A stretch of DNA of 33,453 nucleotides from Psammoneis japonica (lineage: Eukaryota), in assembly GCA_008632985.1 (NCBI GenBank), contig QPGO01000163.1, forward strand, positions 124,001 to 157,453, given 5' to 3'. The notes beneath the pieces were generated by a model. The model saw only the letters and a program-made list of their open reading frames with translations. It made no database searches and was not told the DNA's origin. This document shows positions 21,898 to 32,585 of this stretch, piece by piece (within the stretch, counting starts at the first letter, position 1; every line of letters starts with the position of its first letter). Position numbers and translations under genes: made by a program.

Positions 21898-22374
21898 GAA
21901 CGAACAAATGTCCAAGACTCATTTGTCCAGCACCATGCTTCGTGGTGTGTCTGTTGCCTTGACCTTCAAACAACCTCTGCCGCATGGAGGACAGCTGAGG
22001 ATCATGGGCGGTGATCTTGCACAGTGCGTTGCTTGTACAAACTTGTCAATGGCACATTCCTTTCCTCTGGCATGCATCAAAAGAAAGACTGATCCAGCTT
22101 CCAACACCGTCCGTGATGCCAGAATGACGTGTGATTTTGAATCGCACAATGGCCACAGCAGCAGAGCAACAACAACGACACGAGCAACAACGGTGCAGAC
22201 ACCACACCGGCTTTGTGTCAGTGTGTGTGAAGCTTCACAAGAGTTTTGCGTGTGTGGTGACCACGCAAGATGATGCGAACACAGAATTCCACACGACGAT
22301 TGGCGGTCTGTCCAACTGTGCATTGCTCCCAGACTTTAGTGTGCAATCCCTTGTTGGAGCCACAGAGTGCTGCA

Positions 22375-22764
22375 GACGGGCTCCAGTCCCAGGTGGGACT
22401 TTTTGTGACATTTGGCCCGTAGAATTCTACGTGCGAGGTCCGCATTACAAGAATTTAATCAATGGATGTTCATGTCTTCAACATCAAACAAACGACCAAG
22501 TTTGTGGTGCAATTGTGACCATTGCCGCTTGACGTTTTCGGCAATCTGCCTGCCCTGCGCCATTCTTGGGACATTTGCAAATGGCGTAGAAGAAAAAAAT
22601 GTCAAAAGTTGTTGGACGGATCGCTCAACAAGTGCACCACAAAATGACACAAAATTTCAGAAAAGTCACGCACCTTTCTACGTGCGCGACACACGGTGCG
22701 ATCCAAAAAACTGTCGACATCACAATTCAGCAGTGCGAGGTCCCACCCAGAGCTGGAACGTGTC
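22375..22764. mobile_element. MITE family copy B (390 bp), 4-bp TSD TGCA
   Basis: tgca|gacgggctccagtcccaggtggga ... tcccacccagagctggaacgtgtc|tgca. Confidence 0.85.
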
Positions 22765-23632
22765 TGCACTGGAAGTTGCCGCAAACACGGGGAAAGTGTG
22801 TCAGATGTTGCCTGGCATGCCATCACGCGTCTCATGTGACATGGATCAAACAACATGCGCAGGACATTTAAATCGCAGAATCTTTCCGTTGAGAAAAGTC
22901 AAATTTCCTTTTCCAGCTGCATGCGCGCATGTTCACATGAACAATTCTTCAATGCCAATCGCATTCAAATCTTCAAATTTAGAGATGATTGATGAGTGGA
23001 CCCCGCAGTCGAATTCTCCATGCCCGAAAACATGGGAACCGACACTTCATCTGCTGAAAAAGTCCCGCTGGTTGTTCTGGTGGCATCTAAAATGTGCTTG
23101 CATTTTCGCGCAATTTTTCACCGATTTCTCCCTCCACCATGGCGGACCCTGTGGCTGCCCCCACCGGGGAAGGACATTCACTCCAGCAACCTTGGACGCC
23201 TGACAACATTGTCAGGGAAATGCCAGATGTGTCAGAATTGCTTGGAGTGGGAACAGACATGTGTTTTGCCTGTTGAAGACATGCCGCGAAACCCGGCACC
23301 ACAGTCTGCTCCCGAAGCACCCTCTGTTCCAGTGCTTCCCCCTTCCCAAGTCTTCCTGAGCAGCCACCAGTGGCCAGAGAGCTTGAATGTGACTCAGCTT
23401 GTCCTGCAAGGCATCACAACAAAGACAAGCCTGAAAAATTCCGAGCGGACTTTGTCGTGATGGCGGATGCCCTTCAGCATTTGTGCTCCATCTTGATGCA
23501 TGCCAAGGGAAGAACCAAAACAACAGCTGCATCAATGAGAGGAACAACCATTAGAAAGAAATTTCTGCAGCAATCTTGCATCTGTTTCATTGGACAGCAA
23601 AATAAAAACCATTGGAACAGTTGAGGAACGAC

Positions 23633-23996
23633 AAAAAAAAAGTCAAACGTTCTCGGCGACATTGTCCCACATGTTGTCACTGTGCAAAAAGCTGACAGAG
23701 ACTGCTTTCAAATCTTTCATGTGTTCCACCTTGTTTTGTTCAATGCACGATAGAATGCCATTTTCGTTTTGCAACGCGACATGCAATTGAGCAACGAAGT
23801 TGCCAAAACTGACATTGTAAAAAAAAGTCAAACGTTCTCAGCGACATTGTCCTGCATGTTGTTGCTGTGTAAAAAGCTGATAGACTGCTTTCAAATGTTT
23901 CACATGTTCCACCTTGTTTGTTCAAAGTGTGACAGAGTGCCGTTTTGTTTCGCGACATGACATGCAATTGAGCAACGAAGTCACCAAAACTGACAC
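23633..23996 (+). repeat. Tandem duplication, 185-bp period
   Basis: gtcaaacgttctc at 23642 and 23827; gcaattgagcaacgaagt is present in both units. Confidence 0.85.
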
Positions 23997-24420
23997 ATTG
24001 TTTGGCATGCATCGTCACAGTCTAATCCATGCTTTCCATTCAGAAGGAGCCCAACGGATTTGCTTTCCAGCATCTTTGTCACTGTCCACAACTGCGGTGA
24101 CACCGTTGTCGGTGGGGATGAACGACACAGTCGGAATGGCCGCTTCCAACTTCAGAACCGCTGTCAAATGCAGCCCAGAATGATGCCATAAAATGGCAGC
24201 TTCAGAAAACAAAAGATGAAAAAGCAGTCTGCAGTTGGCGCAACGACAACAGAGACAATGGCAGAACAACATTCAGCGCCAACAAAAGGACACTCACACA
24301 CGTCATCACATGTGTTCTGCTCACTTTCGCTGTCCATGTCAACAGTGAAAAAATCATGCAAATCACGAGCCATTCGGCCGAATTTGAGCTAAAAAAAGCA
24401 GCAACCAACCACTCTCAAGC

Positions 24421-24527
24421 AAAACGCACAACGATTTTGGCGCGCAACTGCGGGGTCTTTTGGACACGTCGTTGACGATTCCAATCTGCCAGAGGTGTCG
24501 AAACAAAAATGTGCCTTTGGAAAGCTC
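24421..24527 (-). repeat. Solitary inverted partial copy of the 29890-30745 repeat unit
   Basis: The reverse complement reads agagctttccaa...gaccccgcagttgcgcgccaaaatc...cgtttt, as in the array units. Confidence 0.75.
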
Positions 24528-24569
24528 TAACTCTCCAGACAATCAACATAAACTGTAAAATGTGTGTGT

Positions 24570-25960
24570 GTTGTTTGCTGCAGGCACTCTTTGACCGTTG
24601 GTGGCGAAAGGCCGAAGGCACAAATGCCACCAATTTGGTTGTGATTGAAACAAGTGCAGCAACTGGCCAGCAAAAATGAAACCCTCAATTGCTCACATGC
24701 GTGTGGATGCTCGCAACACAGCTTCCAATCACTGAATGCACGACACACCCTGAACAGATTTGCCACCATGCCACAACTCCACTCAACTGCAACGCAAACA
24801 CATTTCATTCGAAAATTCTGTAGAATTTGGATTGGTGCAAGTGGGGCACCTTGAGCAGGTCGACATGCCTGTCTGACACATTGCATGGCCATGAACCCTT
24901 TTTCAGTGTATGCTGCACGGACCTTCCCATTTGGAAACCGGCCTTGTTGGAGCTGCAACAAGCAGTTGTCAATGCCGCTGAGTTCTTGAAGCCTTGCATC
25001 GGCTCTGAGCAGTCAAAAGGGAAAGCAACATTTAGTTTGGGTGTTTTCATGTGACTCATTGGTGCACACAAGGTCGCTGCTTGCCTTCCAGCTGACACTG
25101 GGCCCCACACAATTGAGACTCCATTTGGCAAGGAGATGTTGAGGACCTTTGTGCCATCCAATTTTTTGTGCTGCATGTGCGCTGACCGCTGCACGTCGCA
25201 GGCGTTTGGCTTTCTAGGTGCATGGACCCAATCTCCAATGGGACCTGTTCCTGGGGTCTCCATCTCAAAGATGGAGCTGTCCATGAATCCAAGCATGTTG
25301 AGCACACCATTCGCAAACCTGCAAACCCAGCACCAAACGCTGCACTTGATTCAATGGACATGTCCAACGTGAAGGTGCAGCTAATTTTCGTTCAATTGCA
25401 GCCGCAAATCGTGGAAAGTCATCCACCCATCGCTCAAGACTGTTTCTGTCCAAGAGGTGCCCAAACCGGTGCTCAGTGTGCCGAAGGAACCAAGGGCATC
25501 CATGCAACCACCACCTGGCGTTGCCACCAAAGAAACCTTCACACAATCTGACGTTGTCGAGTCCAGTCGCAATCTTTGTCAAAGAAAACAAAAAGAGCTC
25601 TTCACCTCCAAACACATGCATTTCATTGCCGGCTGCTGGAACTCTTGTGGCTTGTGGCAGACCAAAAAGTGCACACAGGCGGTGCACCTGCTCACGGTCA
25701 AACCGTGTGCAAATCCTGAGCCACACATTGGAGCAGTTGTCAATTGGCCTGTGTCTAACTCACTCAAAGCTTGGATCCATTTCAAGCTCTTCTTGGAATG
25801 GAATGTCAGCAAGGGCTGCATCTTGCCTCACCCAATGATCTGCGAGACGACAACCTGCAACCAAAGCTGTCAACGAGCAAGCCGCACCAAAATTGAAGGG
25901 TTGTTCATCATCCAATTCTTCTCCCAAATCCAAATCTGCAAGGTCATGCTCATGATTGAT
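24570..25960 (-). pseudogene. PIF/Harbinger DDE_Tnp_4 transposase, frameshifted and Tyr-depleted
   Basis: Motifs in the expected order: TRFDREQVHRL, EELFLFSL, LGFMDSS, QRSAHMQHKKLDGTKV..LPNG..VWGPVSAGR, VAVEWSCGMV, LLASCCTCFNHNQ, FGLSPPTVKECL. Confidence 0.85.
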
Positions 25961-26344
25961 CAGAAGAAGAAAAATGGCAAGAAATGCCGTCCAATGAATG
26001 ACTCCTTTCAAGGACATGGACCAAAGCAAATGGCAAGCATGCAACAAAGATTGACCGCCGGCGGGAAGCGCATGATTTCTGCACTGGTGAGAAGTGCACC
26101 TCGTTGCAGCACGGTGGCGATGTCCATTGTGGCGGTGAGGAGCCCTTGGCATTTCCACTGCAGTTGTTTTGTTCTTTCTCCATTTTTTGTACATGCTGGT
26201 TTTGCAAACGGGAAGCCGCTTTGAACAACCCACACGACATGGTCGCTGCTCTTGTCGCACGACTTCGGAGCTTGCGGCTTCACTTGAAGAGATGATTTTC
26301 TCAAATGGCAGAAAATTTCAACACATTTGCGCATGCAGACAGAC

Positions 26345-26475
26345 TTTCCCCTGTTTCCAGGGAAAAGTTTTCACTTTCCCCATTTTCACTTTCCCCGTTT
26401 TTACTTTTCCCGGATTTCTTGGGAAAGTTTGAACTTTTCCCATTTTTGCTTTCCCCGTTTTTTGCTTTCCCCTTT
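26345..26475 (+). repeat. Cluster of about 15-bp TTTT[C/T]RCTTTCCCC repeats, possibly transposon subterminal repeats
   Basis: ttttcactttcccc x2, tttttacttttccc and tttttgctttcccc x2. Lies upstream of the Harbinger ORF; a related motif occurs near 29355. Confidence 0.6.
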
Positions 26476-27305
26476 TTTGCACAACGTTGTAGAAATCTTT
26501 TTTGTTGCAACCATTTGTGTTGAGGCTGGACAGATGTTTGGTGCCATTTTTTTAAATGGCTCGTGATTTTTGAATTTCCCCGCACTTCGCCCATGTTATT
26601 TTGCGAAGCCTCTGAGCACCCCCAAACACATGTGAGAGTGTCCAGGCCCCATCAGGGCTGTCGGACCTTTGTGTGAACTGCACATGTTGACCTTCAAACG
26701 CCAATTGTCATGCTTGCCTTGGTTGTCACATGCGACAAACCGCCACTTTCCACCAAAATTGGACTGTTGCGGTAGACAAGCCACAACTTTCCAGGAAATG
26801 CCGACAATTGGCGTTTGACTGGCTGTTGGCATGTCTGCAGTTGTCAAGCTACACATCGCGCATGGTCGCAACCGTCACATGTGCATTCTATGTTGTCCTG
26901 CAAAGAGACAAAGTTCGACCTGTCGCTGATTTTTTTTTGGCGAACGCGCGCATCATTGGTGTTACAAATCCGGGTTGTTTTTAAACATTTACGAGCTCTA
27001 AATGAAATCGACCACTGAACAACAATCCATCCTTAAAACTGAAACCGTCATTGTAAAAAACATTGTTTTTATTGCGGCAAATCGTTTTTATAAGAACAAA
27101 ACCATTTTTGTCACTTCAACAGTCCCCGCTCGCTCGCATCCACTGTCACCCAGTTTCTCTCTCTCCCCCTCTCTTCAATGCTTGTTGTCTGACCATTCTT
27201 TTGTCATCCAGCTGGCTTGTCATTTCAAGAATGATTTGTTTGCTGGCTCTAGAGCACTCTGCAACATACAGCCCTGTGCAAGCGGGGCTCTCACATTTCT
27301 CAGCT

Positions 27306-27701
27306 GACGGGTTCCAGTCCCAGGTGGGACTTTTTGTGACATTGGGCCCGCAGAATTCTACGTGCGAGCTCTGCAGTAAAATTGTCAAGCAATGCACACA
27401 TGAATGATCGCCAACAGAAAAAGAGGCAATTTTGCGAACGTGTCTTCTCCTCCACACTTGAAGCACATTCTTTGCAGCATGCCCGGGTGTGTTCTTTAGT
27501 CATTAAAGAACACACCCAGTGCATTTTTGTTGACGTGGGTGCAGACAACAGAAAGCCTTTGGCTTCGCAAAACAGGCAGTGTGGAACAATTTTTTACAAT
27601 AGAGCACGTAGAAATGTGCGTGCAAAACATGCGACGGATGACAAAAAATAATTGTGTCACAGTTCAGCAGTGCGAGGTCCCACCTAGAGCTGGAACACGT
27701 C
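27306..27701. mobile_element. MITE family copy C (396 bp), 4-bp TSD AGCT
   Basis: agct|gacgggttccagtcccaggtggga ... tcccacctagagctggaacacgtc|agct. Confidence 0.9.
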
Positions 27702-27712
27702 AGCTCCCCACC

Positions 27713-28540
27713 ATGTCGACAGCTTCTTCTCCTGTCGATTTGTGCTCCTCACCCAAGAATGGTGACGACGGAGCCAACAACAATGTGCCATTGCGCTCTG
27801 CACTAAAAGCAAAAGCAACGCCTCCGAGCTTCTCTGCTCCAAAGGAGAGGCTGCTCCACTCGTCATCTGAGTCTGACAACGATGAGCTGTTTCGTTCATC
27901 TGGATTGAACGTTGCTCGTCCTGGTGCTTCCGAAAAAGTCAAGAAGGAATCTGCCAGGAAGAAGTGCAATGAAAACTGGATGGAGAAGTGCAACCAAGCA
28001 TGGGATCTGATGGAAACTTCAATGCTTGCGTTGCTTTGCCCGACCAATCCTGTTCATGGCTGGACACTGCAACAGCAGGAGGGAGTCGATGAATGCGATG
28101 AGCATGTGTGCCAAGGCCACTCCCCCGACAATTGGGAAAAGCATTTTGGCACCAGCCATGCCTTGACAAGTGATGGGATTCAACTTGTCTGCCCCATCAT
28201 TGCTGCCTTCACAGACGCCAAGCGTGACAGTGCCAAGCGTGATGACAAGACGAGGAAGAAACAACATGGTCACTCCAGCGTCGGTGGCATCCACGCGGCT
28301 TCTGCAGTTGCTTGCCCTCCCACCAAGCGCGGCAAAAGCAACAAGTGTAGATTCTCTTTTGCAGCCAATGGGCTTCCATTGAGTTCTGAGTTTCAATGCA
28401 AAACCTGACTCAATCAGGCATTGTGCCATTCATTCATTGAGTTTGCCAATTGCAAGTTGGAGCATGGAGCATCAGCAAAGAACAGGGGCCACTTTATGGC
28501 AGGCAAGGCGTGGTTGAAAGCTTGCAAGGAAATTCATCGG
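27713..28540 (+). pseudogene. Degenerate protein-like ORF of unknown family
   Basis: MSTASSPVDL... has protein-like composition but no Tyr in about 230 codons. It continues in frame after a TGA at 28406. Possible splice donor gtgagt at 28541. Confidence 0.4.
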
Positions 28541-29889
28541 GTGAGTGTCCACTGCTTGCATCTCATTGCAGTGTTTTCCAATCTTGTGCTCATGCTGATT
28601 TTGGTCTGCTGTTTTCCACAAGAGCGCAAACCATGTTGATTCAGCGGAAAGTGCCTCTCATCCATCTTGAGTTGGTCCTGAAATGATGGAGCATTTGGCT
28701 GTTTACTTTGGCACAGGTGGCTTCCATGAACATGTCTTGCAAATGCAGGCATTGTGCCGGTGGCTTCCCCATGCCATGCTTGACAGCCGGTGCCGCATCT
28801 CTGGCACTTTGCCATTGAAGTTAACTCGAGAACCATCACAGCTGTGCGAGCAACATCATCACACCATTTTGCCAAGCCATTGCAGTGAGATGACATTCCC
28901 ACTCAACATTTTATGAGAAGCTTGCCATTTGCAGTTTAGCATTCCGCAGCTACAATGTTGTGGTCTCCTGCCGTCGCTCCACTGCTGAAGAATTCTTTAC
29001 ATGAAATGCTCGAGTGCACTCCATGCATGCTCCAGTGGCTCTAGCCAGCTGCTCTCTAGCAGCAGCTGCCTCTCCACTGGAGGGCTGCTGCTGGAGCAGA
29101 GAGTGGAGCAGCTGGAGCTTGCTGGCAGCTAAGCTGGTGGCCCCATCTCACAAAGTGCGAGTGCCAAAATCCCATCAGGCAACATGAAAGACTCGTGGCT
29201 CATGATGGCAACCGTGGCTGAGTTGTTTGTTGTGGTTTCTCCCAAGGGAATGGATGAAGGCCAGGCGTCGCATTAAAAACGAGATTTTTTTTAATGATGG
29301 TTTCAATTTTAACATTGATGGTCGCAATGAAAAGATTTCTACAAAATTGTGTTTTCTACTTTCCCCGTTTTCAGGGGCATGCGTTGAATCATGACCTTGT
29401 CATTTGGCGCCATCATGTCAGACGCTTGACGTGCAATTTTGCGGCCCGCATGTGGCCGCAAAATTCTCATCGCAAATTTTTGCGACCCACATGTGGGCCA
29501 CAAATTTGCCATGCTTCTTAAAACAAAGCTTGTCTTGTTGCTGTTTTTGCGTGGGAAAAAATCAATGTTGTGACAGCAGTGTGGCATCCTGTCATTTGCT
29601 TCACCGTGGTGAAAACCGCAAGCCACAAGCATGCGACGGAAGTGTGCCGGCTCCGTGCTCTCATTGGTGCCATGCTCGCCATGCATTGTGTGGTCAGCAT
29701 CAGATGACAGCATGGAGGCGGAACGCTGCATTTTTGAGAAATGTCGACGATTGCATCATCGTCGTGCTTCGATCGCGGTGCGCGGTGCCGATGTGGGAAT
29801 GTGGACAATTTTTGTGTTCAAAAACAAACACTGACAAATGGCCTTGTTCAAATCGCGTGGCAATTCCAGGACAAATGAGGGGGTGACCC

Positions 29890-30745
29890 TCTTAAGCAGG
29901 CGTTGCTTTAGAAGTGATTAGAGTTGTGGGACAATCAATGGCAGTGACATCATCTGCAGAACAAGAGCTTTCTAAAGCTGGTTTTATCATTTCCATGGTC
30001 AGATCCGAATTGGCGCCGAGACATCCAGACGACCCCGCAGCAGCGCCAAAATCGTGGCACGTTTTGCTCAAGCAGGCGTTGCTTTAGAAGCAATTGGAGT
30101 TGTGGGACAATCAATGGCAGTGACATCATCTACAGAGCAAGAGCTTTCCAATGGTGTCTTTGTCATTTCTGTGCCCCTGTCAGATCCGAATCAGCATCGA
30201 GACATCAAGACGACCCCGCAGCTGCGTGCCAAAATCCTGGGGCACGTTTTGCTTAAATGGGCGTTGCTTTAGAAGTGCTCAGAATTGTGGGACAGTCAAT
30301 GGCAGCAAGACACCTGCAGAACAACAGCTTTCCAATGGTGTCTTTTTTATTTCCATGCCCCCAGCAGATCCGAATCAGCATTCATGCATCCAAACGACCC
30401 CGCAGCTGCGCGCCAAATTCCTGTTGCATTTTGCTCAAATGGGCGTTGCTTTAGAAGTGCCCAGAATTGTGGGACAATCAATGGCAACAATTTTGTCTAC
30501 AGAACAAGTGCTTTTCAATGGTGTTGCTTTTGTTTTCATGCCTCAAGCACAACCGAATCAGCGTTCACACATCCAAACGACCCCGCAGTTGCATGCAAAA
30601 TTCCTGGCGTGTTTTCATGAACCAGGCGTTGCTCCAGAAGCACCAACAGCTTTGCAACAATCAATGGCGATGCTTTCACTGCATCTACAGAACGAATGCT
30701 TTCCAATGGTGTCAATTTTGTTTTCACACCTGATGTACATCCGAT
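29890..30745 (+). repeat. Diverged tandem array, about 4.5 units of 176-185 bp
   Basis: cgttgct at 29901, 30077, 30262, 30444 and 30627; units share caatcaatggc, gctttccaatggtg and acgaccccgcag. Confidence 0.9.
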
Positions 30746-30839
30746 CTTGTGGCTTCCTGCAGGTCGAATGCCAAAGTCAGATGAGCCATTGAAAACACGC
30801 TGTTTGACCCAAATGTGAACTTGCTAAACAGCAATTAGA

Positions 30840-31960
30840 TCCAAGCCAACAATGGGAAGAAACCAATCATTTGGAACTTCATTTTGTGGATGGTTTGGTG
30901 GTGGCATTGGATTTGGCAGGCTTTTTGCCCAAAGAAGAAAAAACTTCCTCAAACACGCTCGTCCTCTTTTCTGCTTTTTTCCACATTGCTCTTGAGCATG
31001 CACAGCTCCCGCAACGTTTCCACATCCAGCTTGCACTTCTTGGATGCTTGCAGCTCAGGGGAGCCGAAGGCCACTCCACTTGATAGATTTGAAAACAAGG
31101 ACTCAGCCCCTTTCTGGGCGTCCTCCAAATTCTTCACAAAATCCCTTGACCGACAGTCTCGCTTGCTGATCCATCCAGGTGCCCAACAGCTGCAACTGTG
31201 GTCAGCTCAACGTCACAGCTGCAGGCTGAGTGCTTGCCTCCATTGAAAGGAGCTGGAGGTGTGAGACCAAGCTCCGACTCACACCTCTCGTTTGTTGTTT
31301 TTCTCATCTTGCTGCTGCTTTGTTGCGCTCCTCTTGAGTCTCATCTTTCTTTGCTGCCTGTGCCGAAAGCCATGCTGCATGGAGAGTCTTTGCCAGAACC
31401 TCACATCCCGTTGCGTCCTTGTCAGCTCCTTTCCCCGCCTTTGCATCATGCTTCTTGGCCAAAACACAAATTCTGCGGATGTTTGCTTGGCGAAAATTGC
31501 AAATTTTGCTTTCTGCCTGCTCTGGGGCACTGCAGCCTCTGGCTGGTCCATCAACAGGATCATGGAACAAGCCAAAAACCTCCTGCCATCTTCGATCACT
31601 CTCACCATCTGGCATTGGCAAGTGGGCATTTCGCGTGCTGATCAGCGTCAAAAGATCCCAACACAGCTCTTGGCTGACCTCTTTTGTCAGGTTTGGCAGG
31701 CGCCTCTTTCCAGCCATTGCCCCTCAATGTCAGCCTCCTTTGGGATGTTTGGAACCTCCAACAAAGGTTCTCTGTCAGCCATGTTGTTGCATGCAGAGGG
31801 CTTCACCCCAACAAGTGTCACCTCCCCATCAACACAACCCTCCTCTCCAGCGGCATGCCCAGTTGGTGGAGAGTTTTCATCTCCAACACCAAGTTCATCT
31901 GGGTGCATTAGAGCATCAAGAGCACTGGCGAAGCCACAGGTTGTTTTTTTCTCTGCCATG
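30840..31960 (-). pseudogene. Degenerate ORF, possibly a Myb/SANT-like Harbinger accessory protein
   Basis: Frameshifted protein-like fragments, including DLLTLISTRNAHL...RRWQEVFGLFHDPVDG and a charged KKCKLDVETLREL tail. The family call is weak. Confidence 0.3.
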
Positions 31961-32234
31961 GTGCTGGTGTCACCGCATCTCATGGCCCGTCGACATCTTT
32001 TTTCTTTTTTGGAGCTGAGGGTTCTCGAACAATTCATGTGAGCATCTTACGAGAGGATTGCGCAGGAGATGTGCCACCGATGTTCCGAGAGAAAATGACT
32101 TCAAGTGCTGAAAATCGGCTCACAAGTCATGTGATCGGCAAAATGACGCGACTTCGTTGGACTTCGCACGGCTTCGCGAGGCTGCCCGCCAGCTCATTGA
32201 ATCTAATGACCCAAAATGCCTGATGAGCAGAAAA

Positions 32235-32585
32235 TGTCATGAGTTGTCGAAATTGTCGTGAGTTGTCGTGAGTTGTCATGAGTTGTCGTGAGTTGTCGGA
32301 GTTAAGTGAGAAATGTCGTGAGTTGTCGTGAGTTGTCGGGAGTCAGGTGAGAAATGTCGTGAGTTGTCGGGAGCGCTTGCACATCATGTGCATGCTGCAA
32401 GCAATTAAATTTGACAATTTGTGTCACTTCATCAATGTGCACATCCCAAAGATTTGTCGCGAGTCAAGTGAAATTGTCGTGAGCAGTCGTGAGTTGTTGT
32501 GAGTTGTTGTGAGTTGTCGTGAGTTGTCGTGAGTTGTCGTAAGTTGTCGTGAGTTGTCATGAGTTGTCGTGAGCTGTCGTGAGTC
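32235..32585 (+). repeat. 10-bp minisatellite (GAGTTGTCGT)n in two clusters
   Basis: Clusters at 32235-32372 and 32455-32585 with a short unique spacer between them. Confidence 0.95.

Noticed and set aside
32235..32585. Telomeric array
   Set aside because: The unit is not TTAGGG-like, and the array is internal and interrupted.
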